From the NCBI RefSeq assembly GCF_009914755.1, contig NC_060941.1: a DNA stretch of 64,000 nucleotides. The stretch is one strand, 5' to 3'. Below, in pieces: positions 1 through 17,512 of the stretch. Under the pieces are notes generated by a model. The model was not told the DNA's origin. It saw only the letters and a list, made by a program, of their open reading frames with translations, and did no database searches. The position numbers and the translations under genes were made by a program. Position 1 is the first letter of the stretch. The number at the start of each line of letters is the position of its first letter. The stretch is from the human T2T-CHM13v2.0 reference genome, Homo sapiens.

Positions 1-271
1 CCACCCTCAGAGTGTTTCCTGCGTTGTACTTTGATCACTATCACTGGTCTTGCTCCCCCACTAGGCTGTGAGTTCCCCCCAACCTGCCCCCAAAACAGAG
101 CCCTTGTCTGCAAATCAATATTCCCATGCTTGATCCAGAAAGAGCTCAACGCATGTTTGTTGGATGGATAGAGGAATGTGGGATGAGGGGTGTGGGTACT
201 GGTGGAGGCATCAGCTTGGGGATGGGACAGGTGGACAGGTGGTCTGTGAAAGTTTGGGGTCGGTGGCTCAC

Positions 272-479
272 CAATGTCCCAGAGCAGCGGGTCATTGGCC
301 TCCATCTCCCGGCGCCCGATGACATACCAGATGCAGGCCATCCAGTGGGCAAGGAGCGCAAAGACCGACATGAGCAGCGTGAGCACCACAGCACTGCACT
401 GAGAGTACCGCTCCAGCTTCTGCAGCAGCCGCAGCAGCCGCAACAGCCGCACTGTCTTCAGTAGGTGCACCAGCGAGGT
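272..479 (-). CDS. KCNH4: KCNH4 coding exon 7 (S4 voltage sensor and S5); gene continues beyond the left edge
   Basis: AG/GT bounded, 208 nt; [27 protein letters not shown]...[12 protein letters not shown], an EAG-family S4/S5 sequence. Confidence 0.96.
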
Positions 480-675
480 CTGCAGGAAGGTGGCGGGGGA
501 GGCTGTCAGCAGGCACACCTCCTCCGAGCCCTCAGAGTCCCCTCCCAGGGCCTTCCCACCAGACAACCTGGAGCCAGGGCAGGCTGCAACAGGAAAGACA
601 TCTTTGCTGTCCTGAGAAAGTGGCCAAGGAATGCAGCAGCAAGGGAATAATAACAATAAAACAAACAGTGGCTAA

Positions 676-956
<281 letters not shown>

Positions 957-1019
957 TAGTAAGTACGTTCTATGTGCTTAGCCAGGCACTGTGCTAAGCA
1001 TTGGTAATCCTTATTTAAC

Positions 1020-1020
<1 letters not shown>

Positions 1021-1068
<48 letters not shown>
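1021..1068. repeat. (AC)24 microsatellite within a MIR-like element
   Basis: Direct count. Confidence 0.95.
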
Positions 1069-1070
<2 letters not shown>

Positions 1071-2175
1071 ATACCTTTAGTTCAATTATCATCATTCCTA
1101 ATTTGCAGATGAATGAACTGAGGTTCAGGGAGGCTAATGACTTGTTCAAGGTCACAGACCAAGGACACGATAGAGTTGGAACTCAGGGTGGGCATCTGGG
1201 CTGACTGACACCACAGTCCACCTTGTGCTCTACAGCCACTAAGCACTGGGAGATGGTAGGGGAGCCGGCCCTAGTCAGAGTCAGGGGATAGGCAACAGTC
1301 TCTGCAGAGCCCCAGTAGCGACGGCAGCAATTGTGATGGGGACCCCCCTTTAAGACATGGAGAAGCATAGTGGAGTGGGGACAGGCAAGGACTTGAGGGC
1401 TGGGGGAGGTTTATGGACACTTCTTCTTGTGGATCGGCTGCAGATGAAGAGTCAAGCAGAAGAGTTGAGGGGGCAGGAGAGCAGGGACTGAGGGAGGCTG
1501 GGCTGTGCTAGGGGTTGACGGAGATAATGGTACCTGGTAAGTGTCCCATATTCACTAATATTACCCCAAGTACCATCTGCATTGTGGTTATCAATATTGA
1601 TTAGCCCTTCAATCTTGGAGATGGGCAGGGCTTATCTTCTGGGTGGGAGCAGCCTGGCAGCTAGGACTGGAGGCTCTGGGGCAGTGCCTGGGGAACTTGG
1701 TATGAAAGCCCCTCATTGCCCCTTCCTGGGCCTCCAGGAACATTCCCCACAGCCCTGGCCCTACACTGCTCCTGGACCACCTCGTGCAATTTTTCTCTAA
1801 TTTTAGGTGAAGGAACTGGAAAGGAGGTGGCTCTGATTCCTCCATATGGACCCTCGCCAGGGTTTAATGCCTACCCCCAGCTCCCAGAGCCCTTGACTGC
1901 AAGCTTGAGTTCTTCAGGGCTTCCCTCAGTCAGCTGCCCTTGGGCCACTCTCTTGGGGATACTCCTGTCATTCTCCTTGGACTAGAATATCCAGGCCTGG
2001 CTCCTTCAAGTCTGCAGCTCTGCCAGTGCCTGCTCATCTTCTGTCTCTGCTCTACCTCTCTCTGGCCCCCAGTGGTATTCCTCATCTCACCAGACCATCC
2101 ACTCAGGGGCCCTGGTTACCTGGGAAGCAGGGTGGTATGTTGGAAAAAATACTAGACTGGAAGTTTAGCGATCTG

Positions 2176-2672
<497 letters not shown>

Positions 2673-3339
2673 TAATATCCTGCCTGCCCCTGCTAGGTAT
2701 GTGACCTTCAGCAAGTCACTGAACCTCTCTGAGCCTCTGTACCTACCTCTGAAAAAGGATAAGCCTCTGCCCTGAAGGGTTCCCGTGGGGCTCCCATGTG
2801 ATGATGAGTGTGAAAGAACATAGGGAACTGTAACGTGCTCCCAAAGGGACCTGAGAGGAGGGGCAGGGGGCTCTCTGTAGTGTCCCACTCCCCAGCTGAT
2901 GGTGCCTGGTGGGCATAGAGGGGTGGGCGCACCCCTGGGGAGGGGTAGGGAGATCTGCTCAGAATGGTCAGAGCCTCGAGGCAGACGTACACACATGCAC
3001 GTGTGTGGGAGCACGCACACACGTGTGCACAGCCAGGAGAGGAGGCCCACAGCCCGTTGGCGGCTAGTTAAATTCGGCTGCGTGTAGGTGGTTTCCTGCT
3101 ATAGCTGAGTGCAGGGAGAGAGCACACAAGGAAACTGCTCCCCACTTGCCCGCCCCACACCCAAGGGGGCCTGGGGACACGGGGTAGCACTGCCCCACCC
3201 TGGACTTGAGAAGACCTACTATCTGCTGGCTGGGGCCACAGATGACCACTCAGGGCACCTCCAGAGTGTCCCCAGGGATCTGTGAGGACTCAGGTCCTGG
3301 CATTCTTTGCCTCTGAATTCACCCCACAGCCTCTACCTT

Positions 3340-3770
3340 CTTGTCTAGGTTTACTATGCTCCCCCAAATGCTTGCTGTCCTCATCTCCTTCCAGCTAAAT
3401 CCTACTCACCCTTTAAGGTCTAGCTATACCATCTCCGCCTCCCTCAGGAAACCTTCCCAGACCCCTCCAGCCTCTGCCCAACAAGGGCGCTTTTGCTTCC
3501 CAGGTGCTGGCCAGACTTCAGATCATTTTTACACACACTCATGTTCCAGCCTGGAACTCCAAGGTCAGCCCAGCCCCTCTGTAGCATACCCGGGCCCCAT
3601 CTTCCACCCCCATTCACCTCTTCTGTCCCTGATGTGCTCTGTGGCATTCCTGCCCCCTCACCAGTTTGGCTGTTTAGAGGCTGAATCCTTGTTCCCTTTC
3701 CCCACAGTGGCCATGCCCCACACAGTGCTTTGCAGACAGCTAAATGCTCATCAGTTGTTTGTTAAATAAA
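3340..3770 (+). mobile_element. Degenerate L2 3' fragment
   Basis: ccctcaggaaaccttcccagaccc...aaatgctcatcagttgtttgttaaataaa resembles the L2 tail. Confidence 0.5.
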
Positions 3771-4065
3771 AATGTGAAAAGTACCACTCATTTGGCATCA
3801 GACCAATGCCGCCTTGGTAGCCATAGTTAGCTTTTCATTTGTCTCAGCTTCCCTCAAAGATTGTGAGCTGAGCTCCCCAGGATCACAGACCCTCGGGATC
3901 CTCCCAGTACCTAGCACAGGGCTATGCCCAGAGCAGGTGCCTGATAAATATCTGCAGATGGATTGATGGGAAGGGGCATATCTGGGTTTGGGGTCAGTCC
4001 CTTCCTGGAAGATGCTGTGCTGAAGTTGGGAGGTTGGACTGGATGGCGGGATGGAGGTCACTCAC

Positions 4066-4223
4066 CACGGTGATGTTGAAGATGTAAAGCAGGTCAAAGG
4101 GCAGAGCAGCAATAAGGTCGATGAAGAACCAGGTGGCCAGGTAGTGGAGGCCAATGGAACGAGGAGCAGAGATTACCTGGCCGGACTGGGACACATAGGT
4201 GGTGCGGAAGTTCAGGATGATAT
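4066..4223 (-). CDS. KCNH4: KCNH4 coding exon 6 (S2-S3)
   Basis: 158 nt; [17 protein letters not shown]...[15 protein letters not shown]. Confidence 0.96.
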
Positions 4224-4540
4224 CTGGGGGTGCAAGAGGCTATTACTGGGGGGCCTTGGCAAAGGGGTCAAGAAACCGACAAAGCTGGGAACAAGCTTTG
4301 GAGACTGGAGGAGGAGGCAGGCATGGAGAGATAGATTGGGCTTCTGGCTGGTCCTTAGGGAGGATAGGTTACAAGGCTGAAGGCTGCGGGGAGCAGGACA
4401 CATGGGCCATTGGGACTTAAAGATGCAGAAAGGAAGGGGCTCTGAATGTCTGGGTCATGTGGGCCCCAGGAGTGGGTGAGGCTTGGCCAAGTGGATCCCC
4501 CCAGCCGACCCACCAGGGTGGGTGAGGCAGAAGGTCTGAC

Positions 4541-4784
4541 CTAGGATGAAGAGCATTTCCACGGCGATGTCGCTGACAAGGGTGTGTCGCGAAGTGATGG
4601 GGGTGTCATCGTCACCCGAGAAACAGACATTGTAGGGGACGGTGACCGCAACGTAGAAGGTGGCAAGGAGGATAAGGCCGTCCCAGATGGCCTTGGAGAC
4701 GCTGTAGTGGAGGAGGAGGCAGCGAGACCCCCCCACGGAGGCCACCTTGTACTCGGGCACTGATGGCTTTGGCTCAAACACGTT
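4541..4784 (-). CDS. KCNH4: KCNH4 coding exon 5 (S1-S2)
   Basis: 244 nt; [13 protein letters not shown]...[21 protein letters not shown]. Confidence 0.96.
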
Positions 4785-4921
4785 CTAAGGGGAGAGGGGT
4801 GGCGGTTGGGGACACTTGAGGGAAAGAGGAGCCAAGATGGGGGGTGGGAAAGGCAGGGGATGGGGAAAGTTAGCAGGTGGGCACTGCAAGGGCACTTTTG
4901 ACCATGAATGAAAGGAGATAG

Positions 4922-6002
<1,081 letters not shown>

Positions 6003-6587
6003 TGAGAAGAAGACTATGACAAATCGGCACATGCCCTAGCTTGAGGGGTACCTAACTTCTCCCTTAAGTTCCTCTTGGGTTCTGGGGGCCCAGTGGGGGC
6101 TGGGTATATCCCAGCAGGGAGCAGAGGCTGGCATAGCCCACCGCATTCCCTGTATCCCTAACAGAGGGTTGGGGACTCAATCCCCTGGCTTGGTCAGGAT
6201 CCTAGGAGGTGGTACACAGGTCTAGATGCCAGGCCTGCAATGAGGGCTTTCTCCCTAGAACTATAGCAGCTTGCAATTTCACCACCCATGGTATAACCCT
6301 ATCACCCCCGGGCAGGTGAGGTCATTGCTGCTAGAGCAATGTGACATCATCGGAGCAAAGTAATGTCAATCACCTAAGGGAATGAGGGAGATAGGGATAG
6401 AAGGATGTTGGGGGAGGATATAGGATGGAGCATATACCATATAGAGTAGTATATGGGAAATGGGTGGGCAGAGGAGCAAGCCAAGGAGGGACACCAGACA
6501 GACAGGGAAGTGGGGAGACAGTGGCAGGGGTGCCTCAGAATCAAGGCTGGAGGACTTGGGAGATGTTGGGTTGGGGGTGGGACTCAC

Positions 6588-6715
6588 ATTATTGGCCTTC
6601 ATGCCTCCCTGGCCCCGGCGGCCAAAGTGGCCGGTCAGTCGGTGTAGGACAGTACGGCTCCGTCTTCTGGCAGACCGAAATTTCCAGGTGGCTCCCCTTC
6701 TACCAAGGGAGTTTT
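6588..6715 (-). CDS. KCNH4: KCNH4 coding exon 4
   Basis: 128 nt; ENSLGRRGATWKFRSARRRSRTVLHRLTGHF; phase fits the flanking exons. Confidence 0.93.
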
Positions 6716-6818
6716 CTGTTGGGAAGAAAGGTGCAGAGATACGTTGGGGCACATCCCTTGCGGCTGGTTAGGCGAAGGCTTCTGACCATTCACACTGCCC
6801 GTCCGGACTTGCTGTTAC

Positions 6819-6965
6819 CGTGATTACTGTCCCCGCGGCCTCCTTGGGGGCCAAGTCCTGGGCTTCCACTCTGAGTGATATCCTTGAAGGAAAAGAGGAA
6901 CAGCACGACCTCCCCCATCTCATTCTTGATGGGCATCATGTCCAGGAGGCACCAAAAGGCTGAGC
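6819..6965 (-). CDS. KCNH4: KCNH4 coding exon 3 (PAC motif)
   Basis: 147 nt; [31 protein letters not shown]. Confidence 0.96.
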
Positions 6966-7280
6966 CTGTAGGCATGGAGAGAGGGAAGGGAGGAGCATGG
7001 GCAGCCCCATGGCATGCCTTTCTCCTCATCCCTCTCATCCTCCTAGACATAGTTAAGAGCTTGGCAAAGCAAGAACCAAAAGGAACCTCAGAGATTCTGT
7101 CAGCCGATTCCTTCATCTTTCAAATGGGGGAACCCAGGACCAGAGAGGTCAGGGATACGCTCCGTCACAGTCAGCTTTTGGCAGTGTGGGGACAAGCACT
7201 CAGACTCCTACTGTGCCCAGTGCCCTCTGGATAAGGCTAGGGGTCTAGGCAGAGCTGCAGGGTGGGGTGAGCCCCCTCAC

Positions 7281-7514
7281 CATCCTTGCGGTAGAAGCAG
7301 ATTTCAGCCCGGTGCTCCTGGTGGCCCTCCAGGGCTTTGTGCAGACGCTGCAGGGCTGGCTCACTGGTCTCTGGGCCGTAGAGGAAACGGCAGCTGCAGG
7401 TCTTCTGCATGACCTCGGTGCGACCGTAGCCTGTGAGCTCGCAGAAGCCGTCGGAGCAGTAGACGATGGGAAAGCCCCGTGTGCCCTGTGCGTTGGCCAG
7501 CAGGAAGTTGCTGT
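7281..7514 (-). CDS. KCNH4: KCNH4 coding exon 2 (PAS domain)
   Basis: 234 nt; [10 protein letters not shown]...[32 protein letters not shown]...FYRKDG. Confidence 0.96.
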
Positions 7515-7809
7515 CTGTGGGAAGAAGAGGTCAAGGTCAGGTCAAGGCTGGGAGGCGAGCTAGCTTCCAGGTGGGCAGCACTTCCTCTAAGTTGGGGTTA
7601 GAAGTCACAGAGCCAGAAGCTTCCCAGGTTTCCATGTTGCTCCTGACCCCACTTTGGGATATTCTGAATTGAGAATTGGAGAAGTTGGAGCAAAGAGACA
7701 AGGACTTGAGACAGGACTTAAGCAGGGTCTAACGGGGAGTTGGAGAAGGACCCCAGGAGGTCATGCCATCCATCCCCCTGCCTTCCAACTGGTGAGCTGT
7801 CACTGTAGA

Positions 7810-8020
7810 AGGCAGTATAGCATGGTGAGTAAGAGCCTGGGCTCCTGCAACCCTCCACTGCCACTTACTAACTGTGTGACCTTGGGCAAGTTGATGACCT
7901 CTTCTGTGCCTAAGCTTTCCTTATTTGCAAAGTAGGGCATAATAGGCCTTCCTCACATGGTCGTTGTGAGAGTTACATGAGTTAACTTGGGGAGAACAAG
8001 TCCTAGCACATGGTAAGTGC
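7810..8020 (+). mobile_element. MIR
   Basis: MIR core ccacttactaactgtgtgaccttgggcaagtt. Confidence 0.75.
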
Positions 8021-8770
8021 TACTCTGAGAAGGTGAAATTTTTTCCCCACATTCACTTGGCTTTCTTCCTATTACAGAGTAAGCAGGGCAGAGATTCTGA
8101 TGACACCACACCCATTTATTGATAGGAAACCAAAAGGCAGAGATTATCCAAACTCACAGATCTCCTTAGTGTGGGGGCAGACAGTGATGAGTGCTGTCTT
8201 CCTTCCCTGCCTTCCAGAGAAGGTCCACTTTTTAGCATTCTTGTAGCTGCTTTCAGGGGATCTGCCCCACTGCTCAAAGTCTAATGGGAGAGGGCATTGA
8301 GCGTATAGCTCCAGCAACCCCCAGCAGCAGAACCCGAGCTGTCTCCCTCCAGCTCCAATGGGTGGGAGGCCAGGGGGACTCCTGTGGGCCATCCAGGGAC
8401 AGAGACTCAGCTAAGAGATGGGGCCTGTGACACAACCAGTCCTGGTGCTCTAGGAGGGATGACTGTCTGGGGGCAGGGAGGCTGATGGGGACACTGAAGG
8501 TGCCTGGGAGGCACTGGGCTCTGGGCACAGCCTCCTTCTTCCATCCCAGGGCCTGTTGCCCCGGTGATGGGCGCTATGGAAACAAGGTGGTGGGGAAGAG
8601 GGTAGGGCCCGGCGGCTCAGTTTCCGCCCTCGGGTACCGCTCCCCCACCATCCAGATCCCGGCCAGGGTTCCCGAGGGAATGGCGGGGTTGGGGGAGGTG
8701 AGGGCGGGGAATCTCTGGGTTCCAGAGTGGGAAGAGGGAATGGCGGGAGAAGAGGCGGGGGAGGAGTGAT

Positions 8771-8791
8771 GTGGCTGTCCAAGGTGCTGAA
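8771..8791 (-). promoter_or_regulatory. RE1/NRSE (REST binding site) in KCNH4 intron 1
   Basis: Minus strand TTCAGCACCTTGGACAGCCAC; both RE1 half-sites (TCAGCACC, GGACAG) intact with the canonical 2-nt spacer. Confidence 0.85.
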
Positions 8792-9145
8792 CCTGAAACC
8801 CAAGCTACGTTGGGCGAGCTGGGAGTTCCCACCGTCGCACAGACCGCTCCCCTCCTCCTGCCTCACCCACCTTAGACACTGACGCCCCACGATTTGGGGG
8901 CGCGCGACCTCAATCCAAACTAGGTCCTGCTGAAGTCTGATCTTTTCTCCTTTTTTTCTGGAGGTAGTGGGAGCTGGAGTCTGTGAGTAGACCCCAGAAT
9001 GCCCGGCCACTTTGCCCCACTTCTGTGTCTCGGATACCCCCATACACGCCCCCAGCACAGCTCTGCCCGAGAGTGGGCGGCTCCGAAGGACCCTCCTCCG
9101 CTCTGCCGCACAAAGAGCCTCTTCTGCCTCGAGTCACACCCCCTA

Positions 9146-10020
<875 letters not shown>

Positions 10021-10687
10021 TGAGACAGCAAGGGTTAAGAGGCTAGTTTGCTGGTAGAGAATGGACAATGGGAAGGCTTGAAACCCCAACTCTAGAAAGC
10101 ACCATTCTTACCTCCTGCCTCAGTTTTCCCAAGACACCCTGGCGAACTCTGCCTACTGAGACACAGCATGGTGGAATGAAAAGAGCTTTGGAGTCCACCA
10201 GGTAGAGTCCCAGCTCTAGACACCAATCGTGTGATATCCTCTCCAAGCCCACTTTCCTCATCTGTAAAATGGAGCTGATAATTCTTACCTGATGCAGTTA
10301 CCGTGAGAATGTAATACCATAATGCATGTCTTTGGTACAAAATAAGTGTCTTGAAGGGCAGTTGCCTGCCTGTTTTCCCTCTTCCTACTGTCTTAATCCT
10401 CCTCTCTGCTGCCCTTCAAGTGGAAGAGAGGCTGGAGGCAAGTTTGGGAGAAACTACCTCTGAAAAAGATAGTTTCGAGGTGGGCAGAGTCATGGCTTGC
10501 AAATCTCCAAGGATGCACATGTGAACTTTGACCTCTAACTTCTCCAAGATGGAACCAGTACAGCAGCAAGAGGGACCAAAGTGAGACTAGACACAGGACT
10601 TTCTCACTACCTATGCAGAAAATTGAGGCAGCTGAGTTCTGTGGCTGAGGGTGGCTGCTTCCCACGACAAAACAGCTGAAGCAGTGA

Positions 10688-11127
<440 letters not shown>

Positions 11128-11147
11128 CTGTGTCTCTACTTTTGGAT

Positions 11148-11602
11148 GTTATATTAGTTTCCTAGGACTGCCATAACAAAGTACCACAAAGTGAGTGGCT
11201 CAAACAACAGAAACCTATTGTCTCACAGTTCTGGATGCTAGAAGTCCAAGCAAGGTCAGGTGAAGAGCGTTGGTTCCTTCTGAAGGCTATGAGGGAGAAT
11301 CTGTTGCATGCCTCTCCCCTATCTTCTGGGGGTGGGGGTGCTGGCAATTTTTGGTGTTCCTTGGCTTGTAGGAGCCAATCTCTACCTTCATGTTCACATG
11401 GGTTCTCCCTGTGTGTGTTTCTGTGTTCCAATTCCCTTTTTTATAAGGACGCCAGTCACAGTGGATTAGAGGCCCACCCTACTCTAGTATGACCTCATCT
11501 TAACTAATTGCATCTGGAAGGACCTTATTTCCAAATACAGCCACATTCTGAAGTGCCACGGGTACGGACTTCAACATATGGATTTTGGGAACACCAGTAA
11601 CA
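11148..11602 (-). mobile_element. MaLR solo LTR (MLT1-like)
   Basis: tattagtttcctaggactgccataacaaagtaccacaaa...ctcatcttaactaattgcatctg; TG...CA ends. Confidence 0.8.
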
Positions 11603-11900
11603 GGTGTCTTTGGCTGGAGTTGCAGTAAAATCTTGTACTGCCCCTGCTTAAGAATGTCCCATGACTCTGTTACCTACAAGATAAAGTGCAAAGCCCGATG
11701 ATTTGTGAGAGCCTTTGCGAGCTGTGCTGCACTGACTGTAACTGTGTCCCTTCCTGAGCCTCTCCACTCCCCACACCCTATACCCCATGATGCAGCCATT
11801 CTGGATGACTCATTGTTGAAGTTCAAATTCCCTGCCTTTTCAGCAGGATTGACTCCCACCCCTTCCTAGCTGGATTCTGCTGCTCTATGCAGCTTGCCTG

Positions 11901-12245
11901 CCTTCCTTCCTTCCTTCCTTCCTTCCTTCCTTCCTTCCTTCCTTCCTTCCTTTCTTTCCTTTCTTTCTTTTCTTTTTTCTTTTTCTTTCTTTTTTTTTTT
12001 TTTTTGACAGTGCCTCCTTCTGTTGCCCAGGCTGGAGTGCAGTGGCCCAATTATGGCTCAAACTCAAACTCCTGGGCTCAAGCAATCCTCTCGCCCACCA
12101 TACCCCGCTAATTAAAAAAACTTTTTGGAGAGATGTCTCACTCACTATGTTGCCTAGGCTCGTCTCGAACTCCTTGCTTCAAGGGATCCTCCTGCTTTGG
12201 CCTCCCAAAGTGCTGGGATTACAGGCGTGAGCACCGCGCCCGACC
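11901..12245 (-). repeat. (CCTT)n / pyrimidine tract forming the tail of a partial AluJ
   Basis: Direct read. Confidence 0.85.
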
Positions 12246-12565
12246 GCTGCAACCTTTCTTGCTTTCCTTCCCCTTCCGCGTCTCTGGGTAAAGTCCCCGC
12301 TACAGAATGCCTAGCAGAGCATCGTAGGAGTCCCGCATGGCCCGATCCAAGCATGCACCTGTGCAGTTCTCTCTGTGCCCCAGGGCCTTGCACTGGGAAC
12401 TCCCCAACCAAGAGTGTTTCCGATTCAACCACGCAAAAGCTAAGGCTGGTGCCCGACAGCCGGGCTTCCAGGCCCAGCTGTCCTCCGCAAGACGCTTTGC
12501 CACCCCGGATGGGCAGGACGCGACCGCACAGGAACAGAGACCAGTCACACGAATGGAGACTCGTC

Positions 12566-12571
12566 TTTATT
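12566..12571 (-). terminator. HCRT polyadenylation signal AATAAA
   Basis: TTTATT on + strand, 75 nt after the HCRT stop codon. Confidence 0.85.
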
Positions 12572-12645
12572 GCCTTTTTTCTGGGGGCTGACGCTGGGTG
12601 GGCAGAGGGCAGAGGCCTGGGCCAGGACAGGGCCCGAAGAACGAC

Positions 12646-13020
12646 TCAGATCCCGGACTGTCCTCCGGGCGCGACGGAGGCGGCGGCCGGGGCGGAACAG
12701 CGGCGCCCGAGGCAGGGGCGCGGCGCTGGCTCTGCGCCTGCGCGGCGGCCCATGGTCAGGATGCCCGCGGCGTGGTTGCCGCTGGCCTGCAGGAGGCGCT
12801 GCAGCCGACCCTGGAGGCCCGGGGGCCCGGACCTCCGCTTGCCCAGCGTGAGGATGCCGGCCGCGTGATTGCCCGCGCCGTGCAGCAGCTCGTAGAGGCG
12901 GCAAGAGCAAGTCTTTTGACGACAGCAGTCGGGCAGGGGCTGTGCAGCCGCCCCGGACGACAACAGCGCGGGCGGCAGCAGCAGCAGCAGCAGCAGTAGC
13001 GTCACGGCGGCCCAGGAGAC
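12646..13020 (-). CDS. HCRT: HCRT exon 2: signal peptide, orexin-A (12844-12942), orexin-B (12751-12834)
   Basis: [17 protein letters not shown]...[67 protein letters not shown]; amidation and dibasic cleavage sites present. Confidence 0.99.
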   Translation of the reverse strand, partial: VSWAAVTLLLLLLLLPPALLSSGAAAQPLPDCCRQKTCSCRLYELLHGAGNHAAGILTLGKRRSGPPGLQGRLQRLLQASGNHAAGILTMGRRAGAEPAPRPCLGRRCSAPAAASVAPGGQSGI

Positions 13021-13836
13021 CTAGGGAGACGGAGACAGGGCGCTGGGGGGGTCTTCCCACGGCGCCCGCCACCAGCTCCCACGCCCAGGACCTGCCCCTC
13101 TGGCTCCGCGCCCCCTCCAAGCCTGCACTCCTTTCTGGCTGTCACTTAGTTCTCCTTGCTTTGCGCCCTTGCTGGTATCGGCCTACTTTCCCTGCTCCTC
13201 CTTCAAGACCCAGCAGAGCATCTCCCCCAGGAAGCCTTTTGAGACCCCCTGGGCAGAGTGAATCCCCCTTTTCTCTGGAGACTTAGGCCACTGTGCCACC
13301 ACTAGGGCACTTGCCACTCCACCTGAAAACAGGAGTGTCTGTCTGCAGCAGAAGTTGTAAACTTGGGAAAAACCCGGGCCCTACTGAGTCCCCCCAACTT
13401 CCTCTCCACAGCAGGGAAACACATGGAAATCAGGAACTAGCAAGACTCCAGAATGCTCTCTCATCTGCCTGCCCCCTTGCAGGAGTGACTGAACTCCGTT
13501 GCTTTGAACCAGTTTCCTGCCCTTTCAGAGGGCACAGCTCCCTTACCTGTAAACTGGGTATACTAGAAATAATTTCTACTCTGCAAGGCTGTTGGGAGGA
13601 TGACAAGAGATGACAGGTGCAAACGGAGCACCTGACACATAGAGCTCAGCAAACACAGGCTCTTAGCAAAACAGCACCCAACCCAATGTGAGCCAAGGCA
13701 GGTGCTCCTGCCTCAGAGCACACCCAGGAAAAGACCAAGAGTGGAGACACCTTTGGCCTTTCTTCCAGCCCTCTGAGCAAGCACTCTTTTTGCTTCTCTG
13801 GGATGGTGAGTCACCCCTCCATCCCTGGATCTTTAC

Positions 13837-13857
13837 CTTTGTGGAAGGAAGGTTCAT
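13837..13857 (-). CDS. HCRT: HCRT exon 1 coding part (MNLPSTK)
   Basis: ACCATG start, AAG|GTAAAG donor; 816-nt intron; total CDS 396 nt = 131 aa + stop. Confidence 0.98.
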
Positions 13858-13950
13858 GGTGTCTGGCGCTCAGGGTGGGGTAGCCGGGAAAGGAGATGTC
13901 TGTGGTGGTTCAAAAAGCCAGGAACCTTGAGGCTGTCAATTGTGACCCAC

Positions 13951-14281
13951 TCCCAGGGGTCTGGGGTTTATAGTGCTCTGAGGTGGCGGGGAATTGACAG
14001 GCACTTGCGTCCACACCCAGGCCAGACAAAGGCAAGTCTAAGATTAGCCTGCTGCAGGGGGGCCGTCTCCAGGCTGGGCCCAAGGAATGGCCGCTGCGGC
14101 GTTCAGAGGCCAGGGTTGGATCACTGTGCCCCTGATCACCCCCTTGTCTGTCTATCTGCTCCCTGGAGATGGGGCGGTCTCCGGGCACTAATGAGGCCAC
14201 CTTGCACCCAGGAATCTGGGAGCACAAAAGAGGCGCTGGCCTGGGACAATATGGAGGGAGGCAGCTGCTAATTAGGGGCGG
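13951..14281 (-). promoter_or_regulatory. HCRT proximal promoter: TATA box 13967-13972, EBF/Olf-like sites, E-box and homeodomain palindrome
   Basis: TATAAA on minus; TCCCAGGGGT 13951-13960; TCCCTGGAGA 14160-14169; CAGCTG 14262-14267; CTAATTAG 14268-14275. Confidence 0.7.
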
Positions 14282-14559
14282 GAGAGAGGCAGACGCGAGA
14301 CCCCACATTATGTGTGTGGGGGGTGGAGCAGCCAGCAGCAGTCCTCTCCCTCCCCTGCTTCTTGTCGCTGCTCCTGGGGACTGTCAGGCTCCAGGACCTT
14401 CTTCCTTCATGGAAAGGCTCCTTAGCTGCCCCCTCCCCCTAGCTTTTTTTCTCCCTTCTGCCCTTTCCACTAGCCTCTGAGATGGAAAACCTTGAAAACT
14501 CAGCCTAGACAGTGGGAGGTAAGAAGCCAAAACCAAGCCCAATTTCTCTTTCTTTCTTT

Positions 14560-16997
<2,438 letters not shown>

Positions 16998-17512
16998 TTC
17001 ACAGGAAGATTTTAACAGGATGGAGTGACAGGCGGAGGTGGGGGCCGGGTGGGTATGCAGCCAGGACCTGGGTGTGGGACATGGAATGGAGAAGCTATTC
17101 AGAGGCATCTGGATCCAGTGCTGCCTCTACTGAGGAGGAGCTGAGGTCTGCCCCTCCCATCAGCCTCCAAGATGGAAAACCTTAAAACTCCAGTCCAGGC
17201 AGTGGGAGGGAAGGAAGCCAAAATCTAGCCCAGTTTCTTTCTTTCTTTTATTTTAGCCTCTACAACCTTGTGGAGGCTGCGTTTCCTCATTAGTATGGAA
17301 CAGTGAACCCAGATGGTCTCCGGAGTTGCTTCCTGCGGCGATGCCTTATGATGTGAAGTAATAGCTCTCCCTTCCCCACCGCAGAAGTGGTTTGTGGGTG
17401 CTGGCCTAGGATGTGCCACGAGTCCTCCAAGGCTCCTGTGTGCGCATGCAGCCTTGCCAGGCCCAGAGCAGAATGTTGGGGGAAAGTCCTGGAGCTCAGT
17501 GGGGGAATGGCT

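Noticed and set aside
12742-12873. Internal repeat encoding GNHAAGILT twice
   Set aside because: Real, but it is the well-known orexin-A/orexin-B duplication
12197-12999. Plus-strand ORFs of 223 and 133 aa antisense to HCRT, including a poly-Q end
   Set aside because: Result of high GC and the CTG/CAG repeat; the longer ORF starts inside an Alu at a non-ATG codon; no recognisable domain
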